Positions 63,628-64,000 of a stretch of DNA of 64,000 nucleotides are shown here, in pieces (position 1 is the stretch's first letter; every line of letters begins with the position of its first letter). This DNA is from Carcharhinus amblyrhynchos. Its lineage: Eukaryota. The DNA lies in contig OZ336896.1 of the NCBI GenBank assembly GCA_965287045.1, forward strand, positions 35,278,001 through 35,342,000. Direction: 5' to 3'. The notes under the pieces are model-generated. The model did no database searches and was not told the DNA's origin. It saw only the letters and a list, made by a program, of their open reading frames with translations. The position numbers were made by a program, and so were the translations under genes.

Positions 63628-64000
63628 GTAATGAAACATTTTATTATGGGTTTATGCATCATAGATTCAGGTGAAGTTGTATTAGTACTCAAACGTGTAT
63701 GTATAAGTGTGTATGATAGTTGTGTTAACGTTCATTGTCGATGTTTATATATACACCTGTATATGTGCAGGTGTGCTGAATATAAGCAATTAGGGAGAAC
63801 GGGTGGGTGGACCTTAATTCGTGTACTTGTCAAAGAACGTTGCTGCGATTTCATACATTGGCAGAACATTGGAAGTGACCTCACAGATATGAATCCCTCT
63901 TTGTAATGAATGTTGGATTCTGTGCGTTTCCCTGCGGCGCCTGTTTCAGGTAATCCTCGGGTGATCTGAGGCAGGAAAAAACAGCCAACCAGATTTCAGC

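Overview
Eukaryotic genomic DNA, almost certainly from a shark or other elasmobranch, judged from HE1/V-SINE, Deu-domain SINE, CR1, Rex1 and Penelope-type repeats. It contains one 176-nt assembly gap. The only protein-coding gene I can support is a + strand Polycomb group RING finger gene of the BMI1/PCGF2 family. Eight coding exons lie between 50466 and 63627 (216 codons), and the last exon is beyond the window. A CpG-island promoter and non-coding first exon(s) are probable at about 39.8-40.3 kb. The protein mixes BMI1-type and PCGF2-type residues. Diagnostic sites and the apparent absence of COMMD3 upstream favour PCGF2 (Mel-18). A canonical tRNA-Asn(GTT) lies on the - strand at 10557-10630. 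The most interesting signals are: (1) two families of short, non-coding, foldback Penelope-like insertions carrying minimal type-I hammerhead ribozyme motifs, some in inverted pairs and most flanked by 8-17 bp duplications; (2) one such element nested inside the other family; (3) one that has captured about 157 bp of neighbouring intron; (4) a possibly ancient tRNA-Asn/PCGF linkage; (5) a BMI1-like 5' UTR motif with a uORF; (6) a CpG-depleted zone of about 5 kb around the first coding exon within an otherwise CpG-retaining domain. Almost all ORFs in the supplied track are spurious.
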